Positions 37,115 through 50,565 of a DNA stretch of 64,000 nt are shown one piece after another. The notes below the pieces were generated by a model. The model had not been told where the DNA came from, did not search any database, and worked only from the letters and a program-made list of their open reading frames with translations. How positions within the stretch are numbered: the stretch's first letter is position 1; every line of letters begins with the position of its first letter. The DNA is from Bigelowiella natans CCMP2755 (taxonomy: Eukaryota; Protista; Cercozoa): contig ADNK01001927.1 in NCBI GenBank assembly GCA_000320545.1, positions 129,232-193,231 on the forward strand, in the 5' to 3' direction. The translations under genes were made by a program, and so were the position numbers.

Positions 37115-37635
37115 GCTCTTATTTTCCTCTCAACCTTATATATCGCTGCACTAAAAAGGAGCTGCAATTCTGGTTTTTAAGTCATTCCAAATGGCAGCAA
37201 AGCAATCCCATGTATCGTTGTAATTAACAATGATGCTTCAAGCATCATGTGTTCTTGCTACTTATGTTATCTTGGATTTAAACATAGCCACAATGCACAC
37301 ACAAATGTCACGTGTCTACGAGATGAAATCCAATATGCATTTAAATTTACAGCCGGTCCTGGCTTAGTTTGCAAATATCTCTATATAGCGCGTGACGTGC
37401 TGTGCAAGACGGATGTAATAATAATTAATCAATTAAATTTGTTCGATGGTCATCCTAATGTGCTATGCAAAGCTGCGACAATAAATATATGCATGTACGA
37501 TATACGCGCTTATTTTCATAGGTCACTATCTAGCTTTGAAAATCTAGCAATGGCGACCTGCTGCCGCTACGCCGCTTTATTCGATCTATAATATCTATAA
37601 TATCTTTTTAACGCAGGACAATTAGCTCGTGCAGT

Positions 37636-37811
37636 TGCGCGCAAAGTACGACATGCTAGATGACCAAATCACAATGCATTTTCGATGCATGCAACATGTG
37701 ACCAAGGCAGGAAACAAACAGATACAATTTAAGCGCTGTAGCCGCTACATTGCACAGCTACATTAGGATGACCATTGAAAAAATTTAAATATTTCATTAC
37801 ATCCGTCTCAT
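37636..37811 (+). mobile_element. Short second copy of the LINE 3' region seen at 391-560
   Basis: Alignable by eye: gcgcgcaaag...catgtgaccaagg...aaacaaacaga[c/t]acaatttaagcgctgtagccgct[g/a]cattgcacagctacatt[g/a]ggatgaccattgaaa...acatccgtctca. Confidence 0.85.
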
Positions 37812-38516
37812 AATATCTTTTATGTAGTTCGGGTTTCCGATCTTACTCTCATTGCTTTATGTGGCGCATGTGTGGAGCTATCATCCATATTAGCTATGCA
37901 TTGTAACACCTGGTGCGTGTACTAGTGTAAGCAAAGCTAGCAGTGTGTACCACTTTAATGTAACGTAAGCGTAGCTACTATGGCAGTGCACAATACAGCT
38001 AGCCATGCAAAGGTAGAAATAAAGATGTTATCTAGATATGCATGTGTGTATAAAGATGTAGCGCTAGGGTGATCAAGTGATATTGACTATACATGCATTT
38101 TTTTGGTTTACAAGTAGGCATGCATAATGTAGCGCCCTTCAGTCTAGTATGTAGTGCTAGAGTGCGTGTTTACTTCATAGCAATGATGATTGCAAGCGAA
38201 TATTAATTAGCAATTGTTATCATGTTGTTACGTAACGTGCAGCCCATCTCTAGATTTAGCTGTTCTGCTCTAGTTAGCTTGTACTTGCTACGCATGCAGC
38301 TCAAAGTAGTCTAGTGATCAGTCCCATGCATATTTCCAGTCGAATCGCATGCAACGCAACATCAACAAAACAAAGTTTAAAAATCGGCAGTAACAAGGAA
38401 AAACCTGGGTGACTTTTCATGCTTACAGCCACGATGTAGACAACTCTGTTTTGCATTACATCGTCACGTTAATTGTACCCGTAGCATATCAAATAGCATC
38501 GTGGATACATAGATAT

Positions 38517-38558
<42 letters not shown>

Positions 38559-38726
38559 ATATACATACATGTAAAAATATGTGTGTGTGTGTGTGTGTGT
38601 TGTGTGTTTGTGTTACAGGTGACAAATCCATCCCTTATTCCTATTTTTGGTTCATTTAGGTGCACAGCTACACGGTACACGAATTGTTTCGTCTGTTGCG
38701 TTGTTGTGAATAACAATATGTTTAGT

Positions 38727-39553
38727 TCAAACTATCTGTTGGTGTCTTGATGCAGTAACTCCCCCTCCTTTTATTACTGCTGCATCCATTGACTCGTCAA
38801 CGTTAGACTCTAGACGCTCTTCCATAAGTTTAATGATGGTGTCTTTCAACTCCTTTTCTTTCTTACGTGCCATTTGAAGTTTCAACTCAAAATCAACAAT
38901 CTTTTCGCTTAGATCCTTGTTCTTTTTTTCAGCTGCTAATCCAGCCAATTTCAACGTTTTGAACATTTGCAATGTCTGGAAAGATTTAAATCAGTAGCAT
39001 TGGTCAGTTTACCACAGTACTGGCTAATTACAGTTTATTACATTGTCTCTGGATTCACTTGCAGTAGTAGTTCCTGATATCCCAGAAAGTTCAGGATTGA
39101 TCATAGATGAAAATTCAACTTTTATATCTTGTTCCCTGCGCCCGATTGCACGCATGTGAGAGGTGGTCTCCCCTTTATAACTTTCGCGCGCTGACTTAGA
39201 ACTTTCCTCGACGTTTAACAAGATACCATATATTCTAGGACCTATTGTTATGGGATTATTTCGGGGTGAATATTAACGAGAATAGTAAACGGTTATTTCA
39301 CAGATGATGACGATAACGATGATGTCTAATTAGCTGCTGAAACACCACATAAACATTTTACCATAAAGTAAGCATTCGATAGAGAGAAACGTAATAAGGA
39401 TTCCTGAACTGAAGACCGCATATCCTTGATCAGGATTAAATCTTGGATGAAATCACACATATAGAAACACAAATTCAAATGAGAGATTTTGTTGAAATAA
39501 AATTGAACAAATTCTCTCGCATATATGGCTTTATGAATTTATTGGTGTTATGT

Positions 39554-39592
<39 letters not shown>

Positions 39593-41385
39593 CATTATAA
39601 ACATGGCGGTGTCTTACTCTAGTCCAGCGAAGAGAATGACAAAGATGATGAAGATGAAGACAGCGCAGTACAACGACATTGAGATTTCTTTCGATTCATT
39701 AAACCGATCTTCAACGTTTCTCAGCAAAAAGGCCAGGTATACACCGTAGAGCAGGAATGATAATTCAAATATCATAATTACATAGTACCACAGTTGAGAA
39801 CGACTCTTACACACCAATATGATAGCATCTTCTCCTTTATTATATTCTTCATGTGGGAGGGGAGGGTCAAGGACAAACCAAAGAAGGATGTATAAACTTA
39901 CAACAACAACTAAACCAACGACAGGTGCAAGAATCCCAAGGTCACTAAGATTACTACTATCTTGAACTTGATCTAAAAAGATGTGCTTTATCCTTCGGTT
40001 TTTGGCAAATAGTGGACCAAATACAAAAGCAAAACCTAGATGGCCAAGAGATGGTTGGCTTTGACAATACGCAGCGGTTGGATGAGGATAACCAACAATG
40101 ACGCAAACGAATAGAAGAATGCAGCCTATGTTGATGATTTGCATGATGTTGGGGCTTGCTGCCTTTATCCTAGGTTCTTTTCTCCAAAAATAGGTCAGTG
40201 ACATAAGTATGATCACCATAAAAATTAAAAATCCCGCTAAACAGGGGTATGCCATTCTAGTGTTGCTGTAGTTAAAGGTTGGAGGAGTCTCTTCACCGGA
40301 AGGAGCACTTTCAATCCCCGTTTGACCATTTGACCAATAGGGAGAACTTGATGAGCTTAGACCATTTTCAAACACAAAACCGTCGATTGAGGACCAAGTA
40401 GCAATCTTCTTCCATGAAGTAGTAGCTGTAACCCCAGATCCATAATATCCATAGTTTCTCAAATCATACTCTGCAATATCTCTATCCTGGTTCCCATTAA
40501 ACGAGACTACTCCAGATATTCCATTTGTACTACTTACCTTAAGCTTTTCGGTAAGATTCTTACGATAATTTGAGATACTATCATCACATGGGTTGCGGCC
40601 TTCTAATGCTAAGCTTTCTATTGCTGTCAGCAAAATCTTCATTGCATCATACGCGAAGTATGCATAAGAGTTGAGGCTTGTTCCATAGGAACTATAACTT
40701 GATGGTGGAGAAGATGCACTGTAGCTAATCCCACTATTGATGAATATATGGAAGTAGAAAGAAGAACAAGAACAAGAACAAGAACAAGAACAAGAATGAA
40801 ACATCATCAGATTGGACATGAGGGAATAGTAACTAATCTCTTGACCTTAATTGCTTATTTAAAAAATATGAGTTATTTGTCAGATAGGAAAATAATTCTG
40901 ATTAAGTACCGAAATCCTGTTATTATTCCTCCTGGTCGGTTATAAGTTGAGTTCCAATTTTGAGCAAAGTTGGTATACTGTTGGTTTGTATAAGTACTGA
41001 GAGGATTGAATGCAATAAAGCCTGGAGCAATTGGTGCGAAGGTAGGTGAGAACGATTCTCCGGAAAAGCCGTCAGATGATATCCACACCCAATCAGGTCC
41101 GTACATCCCAAGAGCTACTGCTTGTTCCAAGATGCGCTTAGTGTCACCGGACAAAGCAAATACAACTACAACACGAACCCGTGTTTTCTTAACCTAACAT
41201 AAGACACATAATCTCACCATTTTTTATATCAATACGACAAGGAAGTTGTGCTCACACAAGACAAAATATACATTATCTCACCGAATACGACAAGGAAGCT
41301 GTGCTCGAACAAAACAAAATATATCATCTCACCGGATATCAAGAAGCATACAATTTTTACATATAGCAAACCACGTTCATACGTA

Positions 41386-41417
<32 letters not shown>

Positions 41418-42295
41418 TACTTTCTCAAGAGCCGTCTGAAGAATATTTGTATTCGTTTCACCAGGGAAAAATTCCTACAAATGATAATGAATAAAGCACA
41501 CAATACTACTACTTCTAATAGAAATATAAACTATTACTTGTTGTGTAGCCACTGACAAGCCAGCAGTAACTGCTTTTGAAACTAAGGAAGCTGCTCCAGT
41601 ACTACCATATGTATCTAGAGAGTTAACGACGCAGATTTTTTTCCAACCAACATAGGTGACAAAAGCCACCATCGCTGCTGCTTGACCACTGTCTTCTGGA
41701 GTAGTGCGGAAGAAATTGGGATAAGTAGCTTTGTTGCTGAGCTCAGAACTCGTAGCGGCGTACGAAATGTGAGGCAGTCCAAAGACTGTTGCAAGAGGGC
41801 TAACAGCCTTGCTTGTTGAAGAAGAATTAGGCCCCAAAAAAGCAGCGACAAAGTTCGTTAACAGCAAATAAATTGCTGAGTTTGTGGCGGTTGTAAGGTC
41901 GGAATTGGAGCTCACAGAGGATTCTGAGTGAACATATCGTTTAGATGCTTTGTTCAAAGGGAAATGTTTGAAAATGTAAAAGAGAGTTGAGATATTGGTC
42001 TATTACCTGACTCGAGGAAGTATGAGACGTTTATGTTGGCGTTAGTACCAGTCAGCGTGTAGACAGTCGCAGCTGTAGCACCAACTACATTCATGCTGGC
42101 AAACGATGGTGTACAACTACCACCAAAGTAATCACACAAAGCAGCCCGCGCGGCTGCCTCACGTTGCAAACCAGCTGGACTCCTTCGCATTTGAAATATT
42201 CCACCAATGGGTACATTGCAGGTTGTCGATGATGATGATGCTACGGAAACAGATAGCCCGAATATGAGCAGACGGGTGGTAGTTGAAATCATCAT
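38727..42295 (-). CDS. Class C (GABA-B-like) G-protein-coupled receptor: signal peptide, Venus-flytrap domain, 7TM, C-terminal coiled coil
   Basis: Signal-like MMISTTTRLLIFGLSVSVA; IGGIF; AFLGPNSSSTS...LPHISYAATSSELSNKATYPNFFRTTPEDSGQAAAMVAFVTYVGWKKI; GMYGPDWVWISSD; YAYDA; GISGVVSFNGNQDR; IKAASP; GFAFVFGPLFAKNRRI; LRNVEDRFNESKEI. Coiled-coil exon 38727-38975. Confidence 0.93.
41231..41347. repeat. Intronic tandem duplication, ~53-bp period
   Basis: aatacgacaaggaag[t/c]tgtgctc at 41231 and 41284; partial third copy. Confidence 0.9.
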
Positions 42296-43108
42296 GATAA
42301 ACCTAGAAATTGTACAACAATTAATCTTAGCTGCGTTGTATGGTTTAATGAGAGAATGCTATTGGTACTAGCTCCGATTGGAGAGATATTTGCGTTTTCC
42401 TCCTCCCCTCCGCAACCGCAAATCTACAGATGTCATGCTGAGAGTACGTTCCGGCCATCAAACGTCGCTCAAGTTCATGTTCGAAACGGCCTATGTTTCT
42501 CCTTGTTTTGGATTATTTTTCCGATAAATTTGAAGTAATTCGGTGGTAGTTGTTACCGTAATAACGTGAGTAGTCCTATACTCGCACATGATTGATGATG
42601 ATGATGATGATGATGACCGGTAGTAGTAGTTCCTAATAGATGATGTTTATTATTACAACAAATAAAACAATAATAGCTGTGTCATCATCATTTATGTAGG
42701 CTACTAGATATAATGCGACTTTCTTTTCTTGATGTCTCTCCTCTCTATTTTCCTACTGTCAAGCAAGCCAGTCGCTGAGGGGAAAATAGCATTGATTTTG
42801 GGTAATGCGCCTTTCCTTTCTTGATGTCTCTCTAACTAGTAGGAGACAGTCCTTCCGTTCGGACTCTTTTCCCTCCCTATCCCTACCGATTCTTCTACAT
42901 TCGTACACCGACCACAGCAGGATAACGAGGAAGGGAAGAAGACTATGTCAGTCTTCATAGTTGTGATCGTAAAAATAATAAATATTATTGTTGTTGGAGA
43001 AGGGTGTGGGAAGAATTCGTTGTATTTCTGTCAGCATCATCTTCACGATAGACATGAGATCGATCATCATTATCATTGTCGCGCACCCACAATTTATTTC
43101 ATCAGAAA

Positions 43109-45090
43109 AATGAGTAGTCGATACCGAGGAGTTCCCTCCGAAGAAATACCGACTCAATTTAACTTTGTTGGAGAGGTGGTCTAATGGCTACTACAACAGT
43201 ATGAGATGTCTGCATCACATCAGAAGTTTTAACTCCTTCGCTCCTTCCTCGACGGCTGATATATGCATACTCACCCTAAAGGTTCAACACGTTGCTGGTA
43301 TTATTCCTCCTATTTCAGTTCCATTTAATAGGAAGAGTGCTAAGGTAGTAAGTAAGTGAGTAAGTAAAAAGTACAAGACAAGCGCTTATCTTTCAATGGA
43401 AAAATCGCCTCTTGCAGCTTTTTTCAGTACTACTTTATGCCCTCCCCTCCCCTCCTCTCCTGTGAAAACTACGACGTTTAGAGTATTTTGAGGTACTCGG
43501 AGGCATTCAGTGCGTTAATCACATTATGGGTAAGTAGTAGGCATTGCAGCAGATGTATGATGAGTGATGGAATAAGCATTAGATGTAGTCATAGCAGCAA
43601 CGTGTGAATTGGATGCTTAAATCGTGAAGATATTGCTTCTTAATTATTATCTTTGTGATTGGCAAATGGTATTTTGTACGGATTTGGAACAATCCTTGCA
43701 TTACTTTTTGAATGATGTATCATTATTTGTGTGCCGTTGTATTTGGCAGATTATATCACTACTTGTGTACTGTTATTTGGCAGATTATATCATGTACAAA
43801 TTACGAAACACTCCCTGCTTCTTCGAATGTAATGCTTATACAGGTATTGTTGGCTGCTATTACAAACCGAGTAGAGGAAAACTCAGCATGCATGTTTATT
43901 GATGATAATAACCAACTTGAATCATGTTCAATACAATAATAAGGCATCTGGCGTATCATTCGTATTTGTTGCCTACATCTTTGATGCTCTCAACTTCCAA
44001 GGAAGATATTGGTTGGTGCTGCTACCTCTGATCGTTGGAGAATAATAGCTTGTATTAATCGACGATAGGAGTCCTGTCGTCGTACCGCTGCCAATCTCAC
44101 CCTCATTATTATGTGAAATGTTGATTGATATTCTCTCTGTGTGTAGTTAGTAAGCACTTGGTACGACAACGAGTAATAATAAGCATTTCATATCACGTGG
44201 CTAAAGAATGAAAATAGGAAATAATTTTGAAAAACAATCAAAAAGTAGTTATGATACCGATTGTGTGAGAACAGCCCTGATAGCTATCACAATTTCTTCT
44301 GACATTAAAGGGAGATTTGGCCAATCATGGAACTCTCAATAGACACTTTGCTTACATTAGTCACGCTTTCAAGGTAGTGATAATTTGTTGATCATCAGTG
44401 AGAAGATTGGGGGGAGAAATGGTAGTAGTGTGAAGATTGCTTCATGTTCACTGCACTCACCCACGGAGTCCTACCAGAGTATTGCTTACTACTTCTGCTG
44501 CTGTTATTTAACGCTCACATGATATCTTGGAAAAAAGCGGAGTCTGCCTCTTTTCAAAGTGCATGCAAACTATACATGGTGGCAGCATACCATATTGCTC
44601 TGAGGTATCATGACTACTACTATTACTACCACTATTGCTGCTGCTGCTTTAAGATGGAACTTTAAACATAGACTTTACAAGCAAACAATCTAAATGAGCA
44701 GAATATAGCTACTGTTTGGAATAGTATATTATTGATACATCATAAACAACCACCTACATATTATTGATACATCATAAACAACAACCTACATACATATATT
44801 AATACGTGCAGAGTGGAGGAGTTTTAGATTCGTGGATAGAACCAAGTGCTGGTGCAATTACAACAGCATTAACAGGAATATGCTTTTCGCAATCAATGTC
44901 AGTTGTAGCTCCTAGTGGTTTCTGATGCCTGCAGTTCTAATTTAATGGGTACTGTATATCGAGAAATAATAACAAGTATCATCTACAGGTTCATTGACTA
45001 CGTGCGACTGAAGAAAGGAGATTTTTACAACTATTAACAACAGCTTAAGTTCGGTTAAGGTTTCTCATACTCGCCACGCAATACTAGAAT
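43109..45090 (+). CDS. Small multi-exon hypothetical protein
   Basis: MSSRYRGVPSEEIPTQFNFVGE|VQHVAGIIPPISVPFNRKSAK|SILRYSEAFSALITLW splice in frame at GT-AG. Later exons and the stop are not resolved. Confidence 0.4.
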
Positions 45091-45827
45091 AATGGAATTC
45101 AGCATTCAATCACCTAGTGGTGCATGCTATGTGCAGGGACGAGGAGGATATGTAAGCATTATTATTGTGCGAAATTAAATAGCCTCTATGGTGAAACCTT
45201 ATTATCATTGTGCACTAGTGCATGCCATCCTAGCGACAGCATTCTAGTGTGAGTGTGAGTGTGATTATGTGTGAGTGTATATTGTATGCGTGTGTTGGGC
45301 TGACATATGTCATACACAGTAGACACACAGAGCCTACGTTAGCGATTATAGACACAATAGTATGATATATATGCTATTTATTAACATATTACAATGTCTA
45401 TTATAGCGTCTATGGTTGCTATTAAAAGCTTCATGCTGACTGTAAAGTATATGCTACGCCGCAGTCGCAGTGTCATGTTTTGCTGTGCATTTACCCAGTA
45501 CATGCTAGCATGGCAAGATGTCCAGAAGGACAGCAAGCTTCTACACGTCTGGCTAGCGCTGGCAAATTTTCGATAGTAACCAGTAGGACTATGAACTTCG
45601 AGTAGTCTCATTATCACGCATGCGGCCAGTTGCATGCGTGCATTTATTAGACATTGGCTGACACAAAATCTTACTCATAATTACGGAACATTAATGCCAC
45701 TGATGATATCTATAAGGGGACAAAGAGATCAATCTTTAAAATAAAAAAAAACTTCCCGTGGTTTGTTTAGATGCTTATGCAATGCGAGACTATTTGCACA
45801 TGTGTACTACTACAGAGAATTAAGCAT

Positions 45828-48800
45828 TTACAAATGTTTGCTATCCAGCTTTGAATGCAATTCTTGCATGAGAGCTTGTAAAGAAGATATTGAATACGAT
45901 GTTGATGTTCCTTCCATCTTTTCTGAATTTAGTAGTTGCTGTTGATGAGAAATTCTCGTATTGCCTATAACCCTGCTGGGAAGTTGGCTGTTATATGTTT
46001 TGCTTTTTAGGTGGTTCATGCCAGAGTGTGTAGAACCTCCAGTTGGCGTTATTGTTGTTGTTGTTGTTGTTGGCACAAGCCATGCAGAGGAAGCTTGATT
46101 TCTTTGCAGATTATGTACATTTGTAGAAATAGGAGTAGTAGGTGCCAAATTTTGAAGTGCGTTGGTATGATGGGATGACCCCATTACTCGTGTAAAAGAG
46201 TGTGGTGTTGACTTAATTCTTGATTCGGGATGATGATGATGATGATGAGCAGCAGCTGTATTCACATAATAATGATAAGAGCCCTGACCAAGTTGCTCGT
46301 TATCATTAGCATAACCTGCAGACTGGTATTCTCTTGGATTATTCATAACCATGTTGTGTCGCCTAATTCGCTTTGGAGGAGATGATGCAGGGGGGGCAAC
46401 TCTATCGTCGTCGTAATAAGATCTATAGTTGTAGTACCGCAGCATCTTACTCTGTGTAGCCTCGTCTTTAAAATTAGGATGATGAATATTGAATCTCCCA
46501 TCATCATAATCTGAGATAGTAGCTGTAGTTAGCCTTTTTGTCCGCCTGACGGTGTTAAGGAGCCCTTGATGATGATGATGCTGCTGCTGCTGCTGCTGCT
46601 GCTGGAGGTGGTGAGGTATTAATGAGTTCGGGGCTTGGTTAGTGGTTGCAATATAGTAGTGTTGTCTAACACGTTGTTGTTGTTCTTGTTGTTCTTGTTG
46701 TTCTTTTTCTTGCTGCCAAGGAGCTGCTGATTGTGAGTGCTCTGTTTGCTGCTGCAGTTGGTATTTGTTTGATGATGATCGATAATCATGATGAGGTTGA
46801 GGAAACTTGAAGGAATTGAGGGAAGAAGAAGAGAGCGGAGGTACCATCAAGTTAGAGGTGGGGGATGAGGAGGAGTAGTACTGATGGCCTATTTTCATAT
46901 ATCAAAAATTAGAATTCATCGGAGATTGTTGTAACAAATTATTATTATTATTATTGTTGTTGTTTGGTGCTGTCACTGTGTGTTGGATGCTGATTATTCT
47001 CAACTCTTGACTACTACATAGTCAACGATTTACATTACCATATGTTACTGTCACTACTACTACTTACTACTACCGATTTTGCTCGATGAGCCTCGTTGAG
47101 GATGGGATTGAAAGACAGAAGGAAGATGAGGAGGAGGGGGAGGAGGAGGGACTATTCCGACTCTGGATGATGCTGAAGACGCTGATGATAATGGTGGTGG
47201 TTGAGGCACAAAGGAGGACTTTAACGACGTTTTCTGCGTTGTCGTAGTACCCTGAGGCAAATAATCTTGGGAAGATGAATAATGCTGAAAATGATGCTGT
47301 TGAGGATGATCATTTAAAAGTCCTTCAAATTTGGTTTCAAGAGTTCTCTGCTGATGATCTTCTCCCCCATGTCCTCCTTCTTCTCTTGATTCGTCGTTTC
47401 GTTGAATGAGTAGCGGTGACTTGGTGGCGACGGTATTAGCATTAGAAGAAGTAGTTGTGATAGGAGTGGTAGTAGGAGGTGGTGGTGCTTGTTGAGAAGG
47501 TAATATTATGCCCGCTTGAGTTGACGATGATGAAGATGATTCACCTGCAGCAGCAGCTGTTGGGACTGCTACATATGAGGAGGAGGAGGGTGGTAAAGTG
47601 GCTGATGCTGCTATGTGTGATGATAATGGTGATAACGATGATGGTAAAGAAGCAGCAGCAGAATTAGTTGTCAATCTGGAATTTGAAGAAATAGCATTAC
47701 TCATTGCTGGTGGTGCTGCTGATGAGGTTGGAAGTTGGCTGATAATGGCAAACACACAATAGATTCATGAATCAATCATGAATGATATAATAACGTTGTG
47801 GGTGAAGTTGTCGTGTATAATTTAAGCTGCTGCTCTAACACAATATTATCATCACTCGATTATTCGTTTTTCCGTCCGATAAGTTGGAAGTCTTCTATTC
47901 GTAACTAAGCTACTACTTATTATCTTAATCACTAAATCATCCTTTCATTTCTTCCTTCCTTTTATTCGTTCAATGATGCTATTGTTACTACCTTATCCAC
48001 TGGTCAATTTTCTGGCTCAAAAGGTTAACATCTAAATCTTGGCTCTGCATTAGCGAATCTACTATATCTTCAAATGCTGCATTATCCTCCGCTGCTTGTG
48101 CCCCTCCTGCTAATTCGTTACTACCAGCAGCAGCTGGTTTTGCACTTTGAGAACTACTACTAACATCTGTTTTATTCAGATGTATTCCCGTAGCAAGTTC
48201 AAGAAGTAGTGCTCCCTGATAGAATCATGAAAACAGAATAATAAATAAATATATATAAATAGAAATAGTAGTGTTCAGCATGATGATGAATAATGGTTAG
48301 AAGAGTCTAAGATTGAAAAAGAAGAAGAGGAAGAAAAAGAAGAAAAGCAAAAAGGAAAAAAGTTACCATATATTACGTTGAAAAGGTTGTTCGTTAAAAG
48401 ACATTATGATACAGCACGGATGATGATAATCATATCATCATTATCATCATCATCATCATTATATTTAGTCAGTCGTTGCTGTTCCCAACTCACACATCAT
48501 GATCATGGAAATCAGAAGACAGTGCAAAGCGACTATCAGGATAGATGATGGTATGGTTATTGTGTCCTCCTCCTCCTCCTAAAGCAACTACCTCTGAATC
48601 GATTTTATATTGCTCCAGTAAATGTTTGAGCTGGTGTTTGATTGTAGTCCTCATGAACAGTTGTTCTTTGTGGTCAATACACCCCAGCATCATTCGAATA
48701 GCTGATAATGATACGACTCCTCCTCCTCCTCCTCCCCCTCCGCTATCATCCTTGTTTCTCACAGAATTATCCAAAACTCTGCGAATATTGTCCAGTGTTG

Positions 48801-49286
48801 TCGGCAATGCCGCCTCATCCGTGAGTGTTGTATTATTATCATTACTACTACTACTACTACCACTATTACGTGTTGGTACTACAGCTGCTATTCCAACACC
48901 TCCTCCTCCTCCTCCTTCAATTTGCTCATAAGAAGGGGCAGAGGAAGAAAACGAAACTGGCACTTGTTCTTGCGGCTCGCCTTTCCTTTCAGCAATATTT
49001 GTTGTATGATGACTATTTCCTCTTACTCCTCCTCCTCCTCTAGAGGAAGAAGAAGAAGAAGAAGAGATACTGAGGATTCCACTTAATCTTCGAATTTCCT
49101 CCTTATAAAGTATGATATATCACATCATCACATCCATCCAACAGTAGTAACAACAAAGGAGTTCAGTACACGTAAAATGAATGTGATGTAACAACTCTCC
49201 TCGAAAAACAACTTGAAGTACATCAATAGCTCAATAGATTGATAGATCAATAGTGATCAATGATGATTTTAGAAAATACACCAACG

Positions 49287-49325
<39 letters not shown>

Positions 49326-49435
49326 AAAGCCTTTCTCCCCTCCCCTATGGAAAGTATGTCTGAAATCCTTCAAATACTTCTTTTTCTTTTTCTTCTTCTT
49401 CTTTTTCTTCTTCACACACGTCTTCCATGTGCAAA

Positions 49436-49467
<32 letters not shown>

Positions 49468-49597
49468 AGTGATAATGATGATGTAGAATAAAAAATGGGA
49501 CTGTCGCTTGCAGCAGTAGTATCTATCATTATCATCCAGCACCTTGCAGTTGTATGCTTCTATGTAGTCTTCTCTCTCAACACAGATACTGCAAAAC

Positions 49598-49628
<31 letters not shown>

Positions 49629-50524
49629 TCACCAAAATTTTGGTCTTATTAAGGTTAGAGCATATTGCACTAATTTAGTCTAAATAATTGAGCAGTTTGC
49701 TGATAACAACAATTATCAATGCTACATAGCTACTACAACGTGTTTACTCTTACAACATCCTCTATTACAACCATTACGACTACTACTTACAACCTATACT
49801 GCTACTCAACATCCTCTATTACAACCTATACGACTACTACTTACAACCTATACTACTACTACTATAGCCTCTAGAATTACTTTTGCTCCAACTACTACAA
49901 CTACTATTACCATAACTAGTAGTAGTAGTAGTATCACCTTTTCATTTTTTTCAAATGCTGAATTCTATCCATAACTCTATGCTTCCAAGATTCCTCTAGT
50001 TTAGCACTAAGGCGACTCTGCATGCTAGTGCCCCCATAAATACTACTGCTACCACTCTTGCCTCCTCCTCCTTGGTCATTGAAAACACAGCAAAATATCA
50101 TCATCAACAACATCTCATCATCCAGGTGAGTATGTATACGTACTAACTATCTATCTATCTATCTGCAGAAAATGAATGATGATTGATACACTGGGAGAAG
50201 AATGACGCAATAAGTCACTACAACATAATGATGATAATGATGATGATGATGATGATGATGACAACGTTTCAGTTGTTGTAGTTAGTACAGAAAGAAAATT
50301 CAGGAGGTGTCTTCAGGATGTACCTCCTCTTGTGACAACATTATTAAGAAGTTTATGGTGTGTATCCTCATCGTCAGCAGCAGCAGCAGTAGGTACGATA
50401 ACGCCATTATTATTATTGCTATCACCATTCCCTTTCTCCTAAGTAATGATAATAACAAATTACTACTTTACACACCTCCCTGCTTCGAGTTAATTAGCAC
50501 CGGCAGTTTACGGAAAGAAAGAGG

Positions 50525-50565
<41 letters not shown>

